Source of the DNA: Squalus acanthias
Lineage: Eukaryota
Direction of reading: 5' to 3'
NCBI GenBank assembly: GCA_030390025.1
Contig: CM059432.1
Location: forward strand, 52,268,001 to 52,332,000
Length of the DNA: 64,000 nucleotides
In this document: positions 35,608 through 48,019 of the stretch, piece by piece
How the letters are laid out: every line of letters starts with the position of its first letter
Numbering within the stretch: the stretch's first letter is position 1
Position numbers and translations under genes: made by a program
The notes under the pieces: generated by a model
What the model was told of the DNA's origin: nothing
Database searches by the model: none
What the model saw: only the letters and a program-made list of their open reading frames with translations

Positions 35608-37313
35608 TGTAGAATTCGCAATATATCGCGATTTTGTTAATAAGGAGAAAACACAGAGTTTCGTTCAAACAGCTTTTATTTCAGCAGAATGCTGGCAGGT
35701 TTAAAGTGGACACAAGCAGCCTGTAAAATGGCCGCCGCACCTCGTGACAGAACATTCTAGACTTTTCAACAGGCAGACAAGATGGCGTTCCAATAAACAT
35801 TTGTGCAAGATCGATTAAGATTCAGCACAGTGAAGATAATACACGAGACATTATGGGTTTGCAGTATACACATAGATACTGAAATCGGTCTCCCAGGTAC
35901 AAAGGAAAGCCATTGTACCGAGTAATCAAGGGCCCATCCAAAAGACATTAATATGTAAAATCCCGACGACTCTACGATGAGAGAGCCGTTAGCAGGTAGT
36001 TATACAGGACACTTGGAAGCCCCAAACCCCTCCAGGGAGAACACCGACCGATTTAACAATGGGAGAAATATTAACAGGTACTCAGACATTTACGAGTAGC
36101 CCCGAAACCCATTAAGAACGGAGATCACCCATACAAGACATTTGGGCGCCAAACCCTAAACAAAAGAATGGACATTATAGTTGGGCGGGAAACGGAAGAT
36201 TTTGCACTATAATTGCAGGCTCCAAACCGTCCATTCGCTCTCTTGCTCTCTTGCTCCTGTGCTTTTATCCGGTCGATTCGTAACCTCGTGGCTGCTCCTG
36301 TGTACTCGTAGTTGGGCTCGCTCCTGCTTGCCTGTTGCCTCTTCTGAAAAGACTGTTGAACTTTCTGATCCGATTCGGATCTACCTCGTGTCGCGTAACG
36401 AAGACCTATGTTGGTAACTGGCAGCGGAACCGAAGGCCCGAGATGAGATGAGATGAGATGAGATGAGAAGAGAGGAAGACCATATCCATCGCCACGGTCA
36501 GTAAATCCCGACCGCGCCTGTAGGTCGATTAGCCAAGTTTTCCTCGCCAGGAAGACTTCTTCGAACTTATAACGAAACATATTGCATCGACGATAACTGG
36601 ACTGTGCCCAAAGTAACTGGAACGTGAAAACATATCGTATCGACGATATTGACAACTGTGCTCGAAGAGTACCTGTTAAGCCAACCAACACAGGTCTTCA
36701 TCACAGCAGACGGTCCAGCCTGCTAGCCGGAGCAGCAGAAGCAAGTAAACAAGTGGGACCAGGAGATCTCCTGACCGACACGTGGGTGCTGCGGTGAAAA
36801 GCATCCGATCAGCTATTCGGAATTTCTCCGAGTTATCACGAGTGGTGAGCATGAGTCTCGAGATCCTACGAATCTAGTTTAGGATAGATATTGATAGGGG
36901 AGGGTTTAAGGATTAAGGATATTTGTAATGTGTGCCCCTATTTACTTTGTGCCGTTCGTTCCTCGTTTCCCTAAGATCGACTATATAACTGTTTGTAAGA
37001 TTGTACTGTCATTAATCTGTGCTTATGACATGTATTTCATAATCTTAAGTATCATGCAATAAAGATTTTCCATTTCGTACCATTCAAACCAAGTCTACAT
37101 GAGTTTTATCTCCATTACTGCTCTCGCATCTAAGTCCAGTGTCTAGAACCGTAAGGGAGAGTGATTCGAACCACTCACAGGTGTGTCTAGTGTTCCCAGA
37201 CTGGCTGGAGACCAGAACAGGCAACAAGGCCTAGACCCGCACTGACATACAGGCTGCACAGAGCCGCGTGAATCTCACAGGCTGCGAGACACGCAGGGTC
37301 AGAATCCCTTACA
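35608..37313 (+). repeat. 3' LTR (1706 bp)
   Basis: Matches the 5' LTR apart from an 8-bp tandem duplication (tcttgctc) near 36241-36256; aataaa at 37058-37063. Confidence 0.97.
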
Positions 37314-38019
37314 AGTGGTAGGTGATAATGCGCTTTGGATCTTGAGTCCACCCACTGGTTTCTGCATGTATCTGAATTGGATGTCAGTGGTCCGAATGTC
37401 AATTCAGCTAGTTTTAGTGGGAGGAGACAGGTCTCAGGTCTGGGTTTATCATTTCTACAGTTGCCAACCCACGATTTTCTGTCTATTTACTTTAATGGGC
37501 AGAAAATCATGGGCTGGCGAGGGCCGACGCACAAAGCCACTGCCTGTCTTTCAGAATTAATCAGGCCTCCTTTCACCAATATTAATGGGCCTAAAGTGCA
37601 GACTGAATTAATTCCCACTATTAATTGCATAGATTGTGATCTGAAATGCTGGAATTTTAGAACAAATGCATACTTTCAACTGTAGTGTTAGCAGTGCCTT
37701 TCAGAAAGATCAGTAAGAGTATACGGTGACTCCCTATGTCCTTCAACCAGTCTACTTTTCTTGTGATACAACAAACCTCTCCACACACTTTCCCATGTGT
37801 AGGAGTATGGATGTTATCAGCCAAGCAAAGCTTTAGGTATGCAAACTATGTAATGACATCACACATGCTCTACAGTTCAGGCACAATAGAGCTCCTTGAA
37901 CTCAAAGACAAACATTGAAGTTCAAAATTAAAATAGATAACATACCAAAAATATAACTTTAGTCATATGTTTTTCTTTCAAGATCTTTTGATTTTTTTAC
38001 ATTTTATAATTAGATTTTC

Positions 38020-40530
38020 TGTTCATTGTGCCACACATCATTTCCAGCTCAGAGGACAGGCAGACAGATAACCCCCCGAACTGGAAAATTTCATCAACTT
38101 TGCTTCAAAATTCCACCCCTCCCTCGCCTTCACATGGTCCATATTCGACTCTTCCCTTCCTCGACTTCACTATCTCCATTTCTGGGGATAGGCTATCGAC
38201 CAATATCCACTATAAGCCCACTGACTCCCACAGCAACCTTGATTACACTTCCTCCCACCCCGCTTTCTGTAAGGACTCTATTCCATTCTCCCAGTTTCTC
38301 TGTCTCTGTCGCATTTGTTCTGATGATGCCACATTCCACACCATATGTCTTCCTTTTTCCTCAACTGAGGATGCCCCACCACTGTGGTTGACATGGCCCT
38401 CAACCGTGTCTGTCCCATTTCCCACACTTCTGCCTTCACCCCTTCCCCTCCCTCCCAGAAGCATGAGAGGCCCCCCCTTGTCCTCGCCTTCCACCCCACC
38501 AGACTCCACAATCAACGGATCATCCTCCGCCATTTCCGCCACCTCTAGTTTGATGCCACCACCAAACACATCTTCCCCTCCCCTTTCAGCATTCCGAAGG
38601 GACCATTCCCTCTCCGTTACCTTGGTCCACTCTTCCTCACTCCAAACACCCGCTCCCCTTCCCATGGCACCTTCCTGTGCAAGCACAGGAGATGCAACAC
38701 CTACCCTTTCACCTCCTCTCTTTCCACCGTCCAGGGCCTCAAACTCTCCTTCCAGGTGAAACAGCAATTTACTTGTACTTCTTTCAATTTAGAATACTGT
38801 ATTCGCTGCTCACGATGTGGTGTCCTCTGCATTGGGGATGACCAAATTGGGTGATCGCTTTGCTGAACATCTCCATTCAATCACAAGCATGACCCTAAGC
38901 TTCCGATCATTTGCCATTCTAATTCTCCGTCCCACTCCCACTCTGACCTCGACCTCCTGCACTGTTCCAATGAAGCTCAACAGAAGCTCGAGGAACAGCT
39001 CCTCATTTTTCAATTAAGCATTTTACAACCATCCGGACTCAACATTGAGTTCAATAACTTCAGATCATAACCACTGCTCCCATTTTTTTGGACAGCAGGT
39101 GCTGATAGTGTAAACAGTAAATTCTAGAGATACTCATCAGGTCAGACAGCATCTGTGGAGAGAGAAACAGAGTTAACATTTCAGGTCAATGGCCTCAGAT
39201 GAAAAGTCATCGACCTGAAACAATGGCCCAGAAATTCGGGTCCCCACGGGTGAGTACGTGCTGTGTACTCACCTGTAGGGCCACCGGAAGAGCCAGTTTC
39301 GCGCATGCATGGGAAACCGGAACTTCCGGTCTCTTGAAGGAAGGGGTTCGCGGGTCAACCGCGTGCGTGGGAGAGGCAGCGCGTACGCATCAAACTTCCA
39401 CTTTTTTTACAGGTTTCTCAGTGCGGCTAAGTCCCTAGCAGCTGCGCGTGGAAAAAGCAGGCGCAAGGCCTGCTTTTAACAAGGTAAGAGGTGAATTAAG
39501 TAAAATTGAAACATTTTTTCCACAGGTTTATCATTTTTAAATACTTTAAAGAAAGGTAAGTTTATTTTTAGCCCCGTTAAAAACTTTAATAAATTTTTTC
39601 AAAAATTTAAATTTTTGTTTAAAATAGTTAATTTATGTAATTTATAGTTATTTAAAAAATGTGATTTTTAAAAAAATTATTTGAAGTTTTACTTAGGTTT
39701 TGGGGCCGATCTCTATTCATAGATTTGACAGGTCTTCCTGTCAAATCTATGAATGGAGATTCCCTGCTCTGATTGGCTCCCCATGGACCACGTGATCCCA
39801 GGGGACGGTGCAAACTAGTTGCGCCGCTGGGATACGCGAGGACTGCACACCGGCAGCTGGAGGAGGCCCAGGATCGGAATCCCACGCGGGCCCACAGCAC
39901 AACGGCAGGTGCGCTATGTAAGTGCACCCGCTATGCTTGCACCCGAGGGAAGCCTCCGACCCGAATTTCTGGGCCAATATTAACTCTGTTTCTCTCTCCA
40001 CAGATGCCTGATCTGCTGAGTATTTCCAGCATTTTCTGTTTGTATTTCAGATGTTCAGCATCTGCAATATTTTGCTTTTGTTTTAGATGCTACTAATGGT
40101 TCTGCTGTTGCCATTTACAGCTCCTCTAGACCCATCGTTTGTTTCTTTACTTGTCCCATTACCCACCCCCTATTGCCTTGCACCATCATCCCTTTTGTCA
40201 TTTAATCACTCCTGCCCTCCACCCTATCACAGATCTTCATAAGAACAAAAGAACATAGGAATTCGGAGCAGGAGTAGGCCACACGGTCCCTTGAGTCTGC
40301 TCCGCCATTCAATAAAATCATGGCTGAGTTACTTCAACTCCACTTTCACCTTTGTTCTTTCCTCCCCTCCCTCCCCCCTTTTCCCTGACTCTGCACTTGC
40401 TTATAAACTGTTAAATCTCTAATTTTTCTCAGTTCTGATGAAAGGTCATCGAACTGAAACATTAACACTGTTTCTCTATCCATAGATGCTGCCTGACCTG
40501 CTGGGTATTTCCAGCTTTTTCTGTTTCTAT
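38020..40530 (+). mobile_element. Decayed Penelope-like element with nested insertions in its 3' UTR
   Basis: LPFLD, YKPTDSHSNL, IPFSQFL, LGDRFAEH motifs across frameshifts (38020-39070); tail with hammerhead at 40431-40467. Confidence 0.85.
39225..39975. mobile_element. PIF/Harbinger-type MITE
   Basis: TIR ggcccagaaattcgg...ccgaatttctgggcc with 3-bp AAT TSD; related to 42931-43684. Confidence 0.85.
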
Positions 40531-40984
40531 TATAGACAGCTCTTAGGTCCATGCACGTTTCCTGGCTCAGAGGATGACCTACCACCAGTTCTACAAACCA
40601 TTCCCTGGTTCAGGTGATCAGGCTCGACTTCATAGGAACAGGAGTGAGTCATTCCATCCATTGAGCCTGCTTTGCCATTTTGTTAATCATGGAAGGTCTT
40701 CATCTTTTTTAATCCCAATTCCAAGTCTTTTTTCCATATCCTTACTTCTATATACTCTTATTTCCCATGTGAGTATCTATGTCTGTTTTAAACATCTCAA
40801 TTGATTCTGTGTCATTAGTCTTCTGTGGCAGTGCACTCCACATTGTCCCAACCCTCTGTGTGAAGAATTTTTTCCCAGATTTGCTTAGTTCACATTTTAG
40901 GATTATATCTCTTGTTTTAGATTCCCCTACTAGAAGGCAGACTCATTTCTTATCTAAAAACATTTTATTCAGAGATGGGAAATC

Positions 40985-41412
40985 ATAGTTATGAGGCGAG
41001 ATTTGAGATACTGGGGCTATTTCCACTGGAGCGGAGGAAATTTAATGGAAGTTTTAAAAATTACGATGGGTTTTGATAGGATAAATAGGGAAAAACCTTT
41101 TCCTCTGATTGGGAATCTGACAAAGGCTCATCAATTTAGAATTGTCATTAAGAGGAGAGAAATCAGGAGAAATGTCTTTGTGCAGGGTTTATGTTGTAGG
41201 AACATGGAATGTTTTGCCACAGGGAATGTTTGAGGCAGAAACCATTGTATCTTTTAAGGGAAAAGTAGATAAATATATGAGGCAGAGGAAGACACAGGGC
41301 AATGGGGAGAGAGCAGAGCAGTGGGATTAGTCTTGGATTGCTCTAGCAAAAAGTCGGCAGACACGTTGGGCGAAATGAACATCTTCTGTGCTGTAAATTT
41401 CTATGGTTCTAT
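40985..41412 (+). mobile_element. Old CR1 3' fragment
   Basis: GNLMEVLKITMGFDRINREK...WNVLPQGMFEA; ttctatggttct tail. Confidence 0.75.
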
Positions 41413-42930
41413 TCCAAATCTAACTTGACAATTCCCGTCTTTATTTTAAATACCTCAATCAGTTCACCCCTTAACCTCTTCATGCCTAGGACATATAATC
41501 CAAGTTTATCTAGTGTCTCATTATAGCTAAGTCCCTTCATCCTGATAAATTGTCAGTGGGCTTTCTCCAAGGACAGTTTTTCCTTCCTACAGGGCAGGGG
41601 GTGCCCAGAACTGAACTCACCAACCAGCGGAAATAGTTTTTCCCTATTTACCTGATCAAAACTTTTCACAATTTTAAACAGCTCTATCAGATCTCCTGTT
41701 AACCTTCTCTGCTCCAATGACAAGTGCCCTAGTTTCTCTAGTCTCTCTTTTTATAACTAAAGCCCCTCATCCCTGGTATCACCTGAAAAAATCCCTTCTG
41801 TACCCTCTCCAGAGCTTTCCTAGATTAGGGCACCCAAAACTGACCACAATATTTTACCTGCTGCCAAACCAATGATTTATGCTAAATTTACTTTGCAATT
41901 AGCTTTTTATTTCATGAAACCTATGACCCCATATGTCTGTTTTTAAACAGCTTTATCGATTTGTCCTCCCATTTTTAACATTTGTGTATCTCACTGATTT
42001 CCTACTTCTTTCAAAGTTTTAATGTTTACTGTAAATTTCCTCTCATTCTTCTGGGCCTGGAGACATGTCTGACTTCAATCCTAGTACAAATTTTCTATTT
42101 TTACTAATCTCTGTAAATTTCTTCCCTGCACTGATCTCTAGTCTTCCCATTACCTCTGGTGTCATATCCTCATTCTCCTTTGTGAAGCAAAATATGTTCG
42201 CCCAGCTCAGAAAGTGGCCAGGTGACCTGATCCAACTGTGTTCCCTAGCACAGGTGGTGGATTGGCAGCTTAATCCTAGCTTCATGTGCGATTGTTCATT
42301 TGAATGGAGAGTCATGTGGCCTGCTCATGACTGCACCCACCACGTCTCAACAGGAAAGGCAGGCTACTTTCCAGATCCCACACTGTTACTTACCAGTTAC
42401 TTACCACTCCCTGATTTTTTTCTTATTCATCCTTGTAAAGAGTTGCCTGGCCTCTAGTCAATGCCTCATCCTAACAGTGCAGCCATGGCCAGAAGCTTAT
42501 AATATGGAAAATTGCAGATGTAGAATTATTTTAATTTTTTTATCCAATATAAATATTTATTCAACATGCCTGTGTTTACAAATTCGGGTAACACCAATGC
42601 TCCCAGTCATGAAGCCAGGATCAATGTCACATTGATTTGTGAAAAGATGACTCAGTTATTCTTAAGTACAGGTGCACACAAGAAATACTAATCTCCAATA
42701 GAAAAACACATGCCTTGCATTGCTGCTTATAAATAAGCTGCAAATGAAAGTGCCTTGACTCATGTAAACAGATTCATATTAAATCCTGATTGGTTCTCCC
42801 TCCTTCTCCTTCTGTGTTGGGACTGAAATTGGACACCATAGGATATGTGTTTAACTTTGGCTCCAAGGTGACACTGATGAAAGATGAAGTCCAGTTTATG
42901 TCAACAGAATCAAACTAGATTCGATCTATT

Positions 42931-43684
42931 GGCCCAGATATTCCGATCCCTACGGGTGGGTACGCACTGTGTACCCACCCGTAGTGACATCGGAAATGCC
43001 GGTTTCAGGCATGCACAGCATATGCGCTGAAAACCGGCATTTCCGATCTGTCAAGAATGGTCTTGACAGATCCTCCGGCTGCCCTGGAGAAGGACCTCTG
43101 CGGGCGGATAGTTCCGCTTTTTGGAGACCCTCCGCCCGCAGAAAACCCTAACAATTCTTACGCCTGGTAAGGTGTAAGCGCTGCTTTTACCAGGATAAGA
43201 GTTGGAAAAAGTTAAAAATAAAAAACGTTTTCACTGATTTATCATTTAAAAATACTTTAAAAAGGGTAAGTTTATTTTTAGCCCCGTAAAAAACTTCAAT
43301 TATTTTTTTCAAAAAATTAAATTTTTGTTTAAAATACTTAATTTATTGTAATTTAAAGTCATTTTAAAAATGTGATTTAAAAAAAATATTATTTAAAGTT
43401 TTACTATGTTTTTTCATTGATCTCCATTCATATATTTGACAGGTCTTCCTGTCAAGTGTATGAAGGGAGATTCCCTTCTTTGATTGGCTCCCCATGGCCC
43501 ACGTGATCCCATGGACGCTGCGAACTACATGCGTCTCTGGGATATGTGGGCCCTGCACACTTGGAGTTTGGAGAGGCCCAGGATCAGAAGCGTGTGCGTC
43601 CTGGGAGCCCTCAGGTAAGGGCGTAGATTTTTCCAGATCGCAGGCCTCCGCCCGTGGGAGGCCTGCGATAGGAAAATAGGGGCC
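42931..43684. mobile_element. PIF/Harbinger-type MITE (same family as 39225-39975)
   Basis: ggcccagatattcc...ggaaaataggggcc ends; shared AT-rich core and tgattggctcc...ccacgtgatccc block. Confidence 0.8.
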
Positions 43685-44064
43685 AATGTGTAAATAGGCT
43701 AGACTATTTGCTGCAATAGCAAACAACAACAACAACTTGCATTTACATAGTGCCTTTAACATAGCAAAATGTCCCAAAGAAAGAACTTACAGGAACATAG
43801 GAACATAAGAATGTATAGGACCAGTAAAGACCATTGCGATCCATCTGGATGGTCCCAGTATTCAGCAAATATCACATCTCATGATGCCTTTTGTACCTCT
43901 CTAACAATTTTTTTTGCCAGGTACTTATCCAACTCTCAAATTTGCTGATACAATCAGTCGCAATCACTACCTTGTCTTTACTCTTTAAGATCTTTTGTAA
44001 GATTACCCCTGAGCATGCTCTTCTGTATTCTGCAACCTCTTTTCAACTTGTATAAACATAGCAC

Positions 44065-44365
44065 CCTTTCACATTCTCAGGACATCCTAAATTGCTTCAT
44101 AGCCAATGAATTACTTTTAAAGTGCAATCACTGTTGTTATGTAAGCAAATACAACAGCCAGTTTGTGCACAGCAGGGTCACACAAACAGCAAATGAGTTG
44201 AATGACAAGTTGGCCTGGTTTGGTGGTATCAATTCAGGGACAAATGTTCATCAGGACACTGGGAAAACTCCCTGCCCTTCGTTGTATAGTGCCATAGGAT
44301 CTTTTAAGCCCATCTGAACCACCAGAACAGGCAGACAGAGCCTCAATTTAACACTTCCATGAAAA
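44065..44365 (-). mobile_element. SINE fragment (Deu/SacSINE-like)
   Basis: Similar to the two halves of the 16950-18790 SINE (gcagacagagcctcaatttaa). Confidence 0.55.
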
Positions 44366-44454
44366 GACAAACAACCCTTTACCAAGTTCACTTAAAAAAA
44401 ATTATATTGTGTTCCTTCTCCACTTTCTGATTTTCTTCCTTTCCAGAAGATGGT

Positions 44455-44632
44455 GGGGTAAAATTCAACTTCGCTGGGGTGAAAAACTGGGGGTAGAGAA
44501 TCAGCCACTGATTATACACCCATCCCGATTTTCCAGTGTCTTCAATGGAAAGGGAAGTTTGGCAGGGTGTATAACCAGTGGTCGATCTGCTACCGCCAGC
44601 TTTGCACTCTTGCCGAAGTTGAATTTTACCTC
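44455..44632. mobile_element. Short palindromic MITE
   Basis: TIR ggggtaaaattcaacttcg / cgaagttgaattttacctc; internal ttatacacc / ggtgtataa arms. Confidence 0.75.
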
Positions 44633-45629
44633 CGTTAACTCATGCTGGGGTTACCTAAGTGACCACTGTTTAAGTGTGAGTACATGGGGGTATCACAGCT
44701 GAGCCAGGGATGCCAGAAGTAAAATGACATTAGTAAGGGAGACGTTACTAAAACAGGAATTTTGGCTCACCTATGTTCCTGCCGCATAATGTGGCTACTA
44801 CTATTGTCCCAGGAACCCATAGACAGAAGTGTGGGCACATCTTCAAAACCACAAAACCTATTGTGAGCCCAATCTTGTCCTCGCCTGAGATCTACACACA
44901 CACACCTGCAACAGGGGTCAATGGATAGCAATCAAGAGCAGCAGCTTGACTGCTTTTTCACTTTTCCAGCCCAGGGACACAATTTAAGCACTTATATTTC
45001 CACCCTGGCTAAAATCAGCTAACTCAAAACAGATCAGAGATCAAACGTGAGATCGTCATGGCCTTATATGACTTAGTTCCTTACTGAGCCCTTTCATATA
45101 CCAACTAAGCCATCGGCTGAGCATAGATATTAAATTGTATTTTCTTCCAGTTTTCTCTTCTCCTTTTCTGACTCATACTGCAGTATACGAGCCACGCTCT
45201 GAAAATTAGGGTAACAAGTGGCATACATCAAAATAAGTCATAATTTTAAAGCAAAGTGACTGTCACTCCTAATGAGTGATACTTGGAAGGTCTGCTTTAT
45301 GGTAAACAATAATTTCTTGTGGGATTTCCATTATCTGTCTACTTTCATTCCAATTCTCTTCCATTCCCTAATGTATTAGAAGCTGTCCTACTCCTTACAT
45401 TATTATTTCACTTTCCGTGGCCCATTGCAGAGCTGCTAACGTCAGGAGATATTAGGAGTTACTTAAGACCAACAAGAATGACGCAGGTTACAAAACTATT
45501 TAATCATATGTAGAAAGAAATGAATGTATGTATATATGTAGCACCTTATCATGTCTCTAAGAAACAATTCAAACTGCTTCATACACAATGAACAATCCTG
45601 AAGTGTAGAGACTGTTGCTGTGTAGCTGT

Positions 45630-45880
45630 AATAAAAACAGAAAATGCTGGAAATACTCAGCAGGTCAGGCAGCATCTGTGGAGAGAGAAACAGAGTTAAC
45701 GTTTCAGGTCGATGACCCTTCGTCAGAACTGGAAAAAGCTGGAGATGGAACAGGTTTTTAAGCAAGTGCAGGGGCAGGGAAAGGGGGGAGGGGAGGAAAG
45801 AACAAAAGGGAAGGTCTGTGATAGGATGAAAGGCAGGAGAGATTAAGAGAGATTAAGAGATGGTGCAAGGCAAAAGGAGA
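45630..45880 (-). mobile_element. Penelope-like 3' tail with hammerhead
   Basis: Reverse complement of ~55085-55293. Confidence 0.8.
45694..45730 (-). ncRNA. Minimal hammerhead ribozyme
   Basis: Exact reverse complement of 55193-55229. Confidence 0.75.
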
Positions 45881-47884
45881 TGGTCGAGGGCGTCCTGCAA
45901 GGCCATCTGAAGTCTCCCGCACGGACACTCAGCAGCCTTCCACCAGCCGTGCTGCAGCCACTGGGCCAACACTTCGTAGGAGCACTAGAGTAGGCAAAGG
46001 CACAGTAATGAGAGGCACTAAGAGATTGCACAAGGGTGAATAGGTAATATTTTTGGTGTAAATATGTGTTCACTGATTTTTGATAAATTTATTAATTCAG
46101 TTTGAATTCTTTTGTGATGTGTCTCATTTCAGCTTTGCGCTGTGATATGGCCTGCGACAGGGATGGAATGATGGGGATTTGGTGAGCAATGGGGATCTGG
46201 GGTTTAATTCATTGGAACCGCAGTCTGATGAGGCGATCTCAGACCGCCCTTCCGGAAGGCCGATTGAGTGGCTGCCTCCTCCCTCGCTCCTGTTACTCCT
46301 CTTCCTCCTCCTCCTCCTCGTCCTCCTCATCTTCCTCTTCTTCCTTGTTGTACTCCTCCCCCTCCTCTCCCTCTTCCTCCTCTGAGGTGGTCCCGCAATC
46401 CCTGGTGGCAAAGGCTGGGCCCTCATGATAACCAAGTTGTGGAGCATGCAGCAGACCACCCACGAAATGGGACACCCACTAAGCTGAGTACTGGAGGGTT
46501 CCTCTCGAGCGGTCAAGGCAGCGGAACCGTTGCTTCAGCAGGCCGATGGTCTGCTCGATGATGTTCCTGGTGGCAGCATGGCTCTCATTATATGAGTGCT
46601 GGGCAGACGTATTGGGGTTGCAGAGGGGAGTTATGAGCCAGGTGAAGAACGGATAGCCCTGGTTTCCGGGAAGCCAGCCGCAAGCTTGACGTGGTGGCTG
46701 GAAGAGTGCTGGCACACCGGTCTTGCGCAGGATGAAGGCTTTGTGGCTGCTGCCAGGATAGCAGGTATTGACATTGAGGATTCGCTGTCTGTGGTCGCTC
46801 ACCAACTGCACAGTAAATGAATGGTAGCCTTTGCGGTTACGGAAGATCTCAGGATTGTTATGCGGTGCCCGCAAAGCCATGTGGGTGCAGTCGGTGGCGC
46901 TCTGCACCATGGGGAATCCCGCTGTCCTGGCAAAGCCACATGCATGCTCGTCCTGCTTCTCTCTGGTGATGGGGAAGGAAATGTACTCCCTTCTCCTACT
47001 GTAGAGAGCCTCTATGACCTCCCGGATGCAGCAATGGACGGCGAACTTCGAGATGTTAGCTATATCTCCTGTTGCAGACTGGAAAGATCCTCTGGTGAAG
47101 AAATTGAGGGTGACGGTGACCTTGACTGCCACTGTGAGAGCTGTGGTTGCCCTGGTCTGAGGCTGGAGGTCTGGTTGCAGGAGATGGCAGAGTTTTTAGA
47201 CCACCTCCTTGGTGAAGCAGAGCCTTCTAATGCCCTGCTCCTCACTTAATTGGAGGTAGGAGAAGTGCTCTTGGAATACCCCCGGAGGGTAAGGCCTTCT
47301 GTTGGGAGCCCTGATGGCCCTCCTCCTCCCTCTGGGCACATGTTCCAGTCTTTCTCGCTGCCTCCGCTCCCTCCACAGTAGATCCTGGAGGGCGAGGTCC
47401 ACTGCCAGTACAACCCCCATTAATGTTACCAAGTGTAGCAGTTTGATTCTTTGAAGAATAAATGTAGCTACTTTTTAGTTGCCACAACACTCCTGATACA
47501 AAAGAACCTTGAAATTACTGAATTAATCTGTTGGAGTATGTGAAACTGACAAGAAACCACTGAAACTGTACTAACCTGACAGCTGCGAGTCATTACTGAT
47601 GCTTCACACCAGCTCTCCCTGTCGGTGTTTACTCCAGATGTTAAGGTAGGTGGCGACAAGCAATTTAGTAGATCGGGCAGTCAGTGAGCATTGCACACTC
47701 ACTGACATCACAATCCACCTGGCGTTGACGTTCCCTGTGATAACTCTTACCGCCGTCGCTCTGGGGGAGCGGGATTTGGTGTGTGGCGCTGGATTTGCCT
47801 CGCCCCAGCGATACTGCTCTCGTGCCCAGTTAGCGCATCTGCTGGCGCTAACGGGAGACGCTAAGGGGACGAATGTTTCCCCCA
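45880..47884 (-). mobile_element. Partial PIF/Harbinger transposon (transposase + one end)
   Basis: CpG-rich subterminal region ending gaatgtttccccc at ~47884; left side truncated. Confidence 0.6.
46200..47420 (-). pseudogene. Harbinger (HARBI1-like) DDE transposase, disrupted
   Basis: RRPYPP..F, AVKVTVTLNFF, AGFPMVQSATDCTH, NRKGYHS, YPGSSH, RNIIEQTIGLLKQRFRCLD, CCMLHNL, acidic tail. In-frame stop at ~47196, frameshift near 46480, altered catalytic motif (GNQGY for GDxGY). Confidence 0.88.
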
Positions 47885-48019
47885 CTGATTCAATACATTT
47901 TACAGCCCTTCCTGTCTTTTTACAAATATTCAATATTTAAAAGAAGTTCTAAATGTGATTATTCAGCTCTTAAAGCTGAATTACCTTCCTAAACTGAACA
48001 AATGGGAAAACTGCCTCAG

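Larger units (their letters stand above)
27874..37313 (+). mobile_element. Young LTR provirus (endogenous retrovirus-like, probably lokiretrovirus-related), gag-ORF2-env, no pol
   Basis: TGTA...TACA LTRs, AGTG TSD at 27870-27873 and 37314-37317, PBS, PPT, three long open ORFs. Confidence 0.95.

Noticed and set aside
46479..47132. Functional host HARBI1 gene
   Set aside because: Stop, frameshift and altered catalytic motifs within a transposon context indicate a dead transposase
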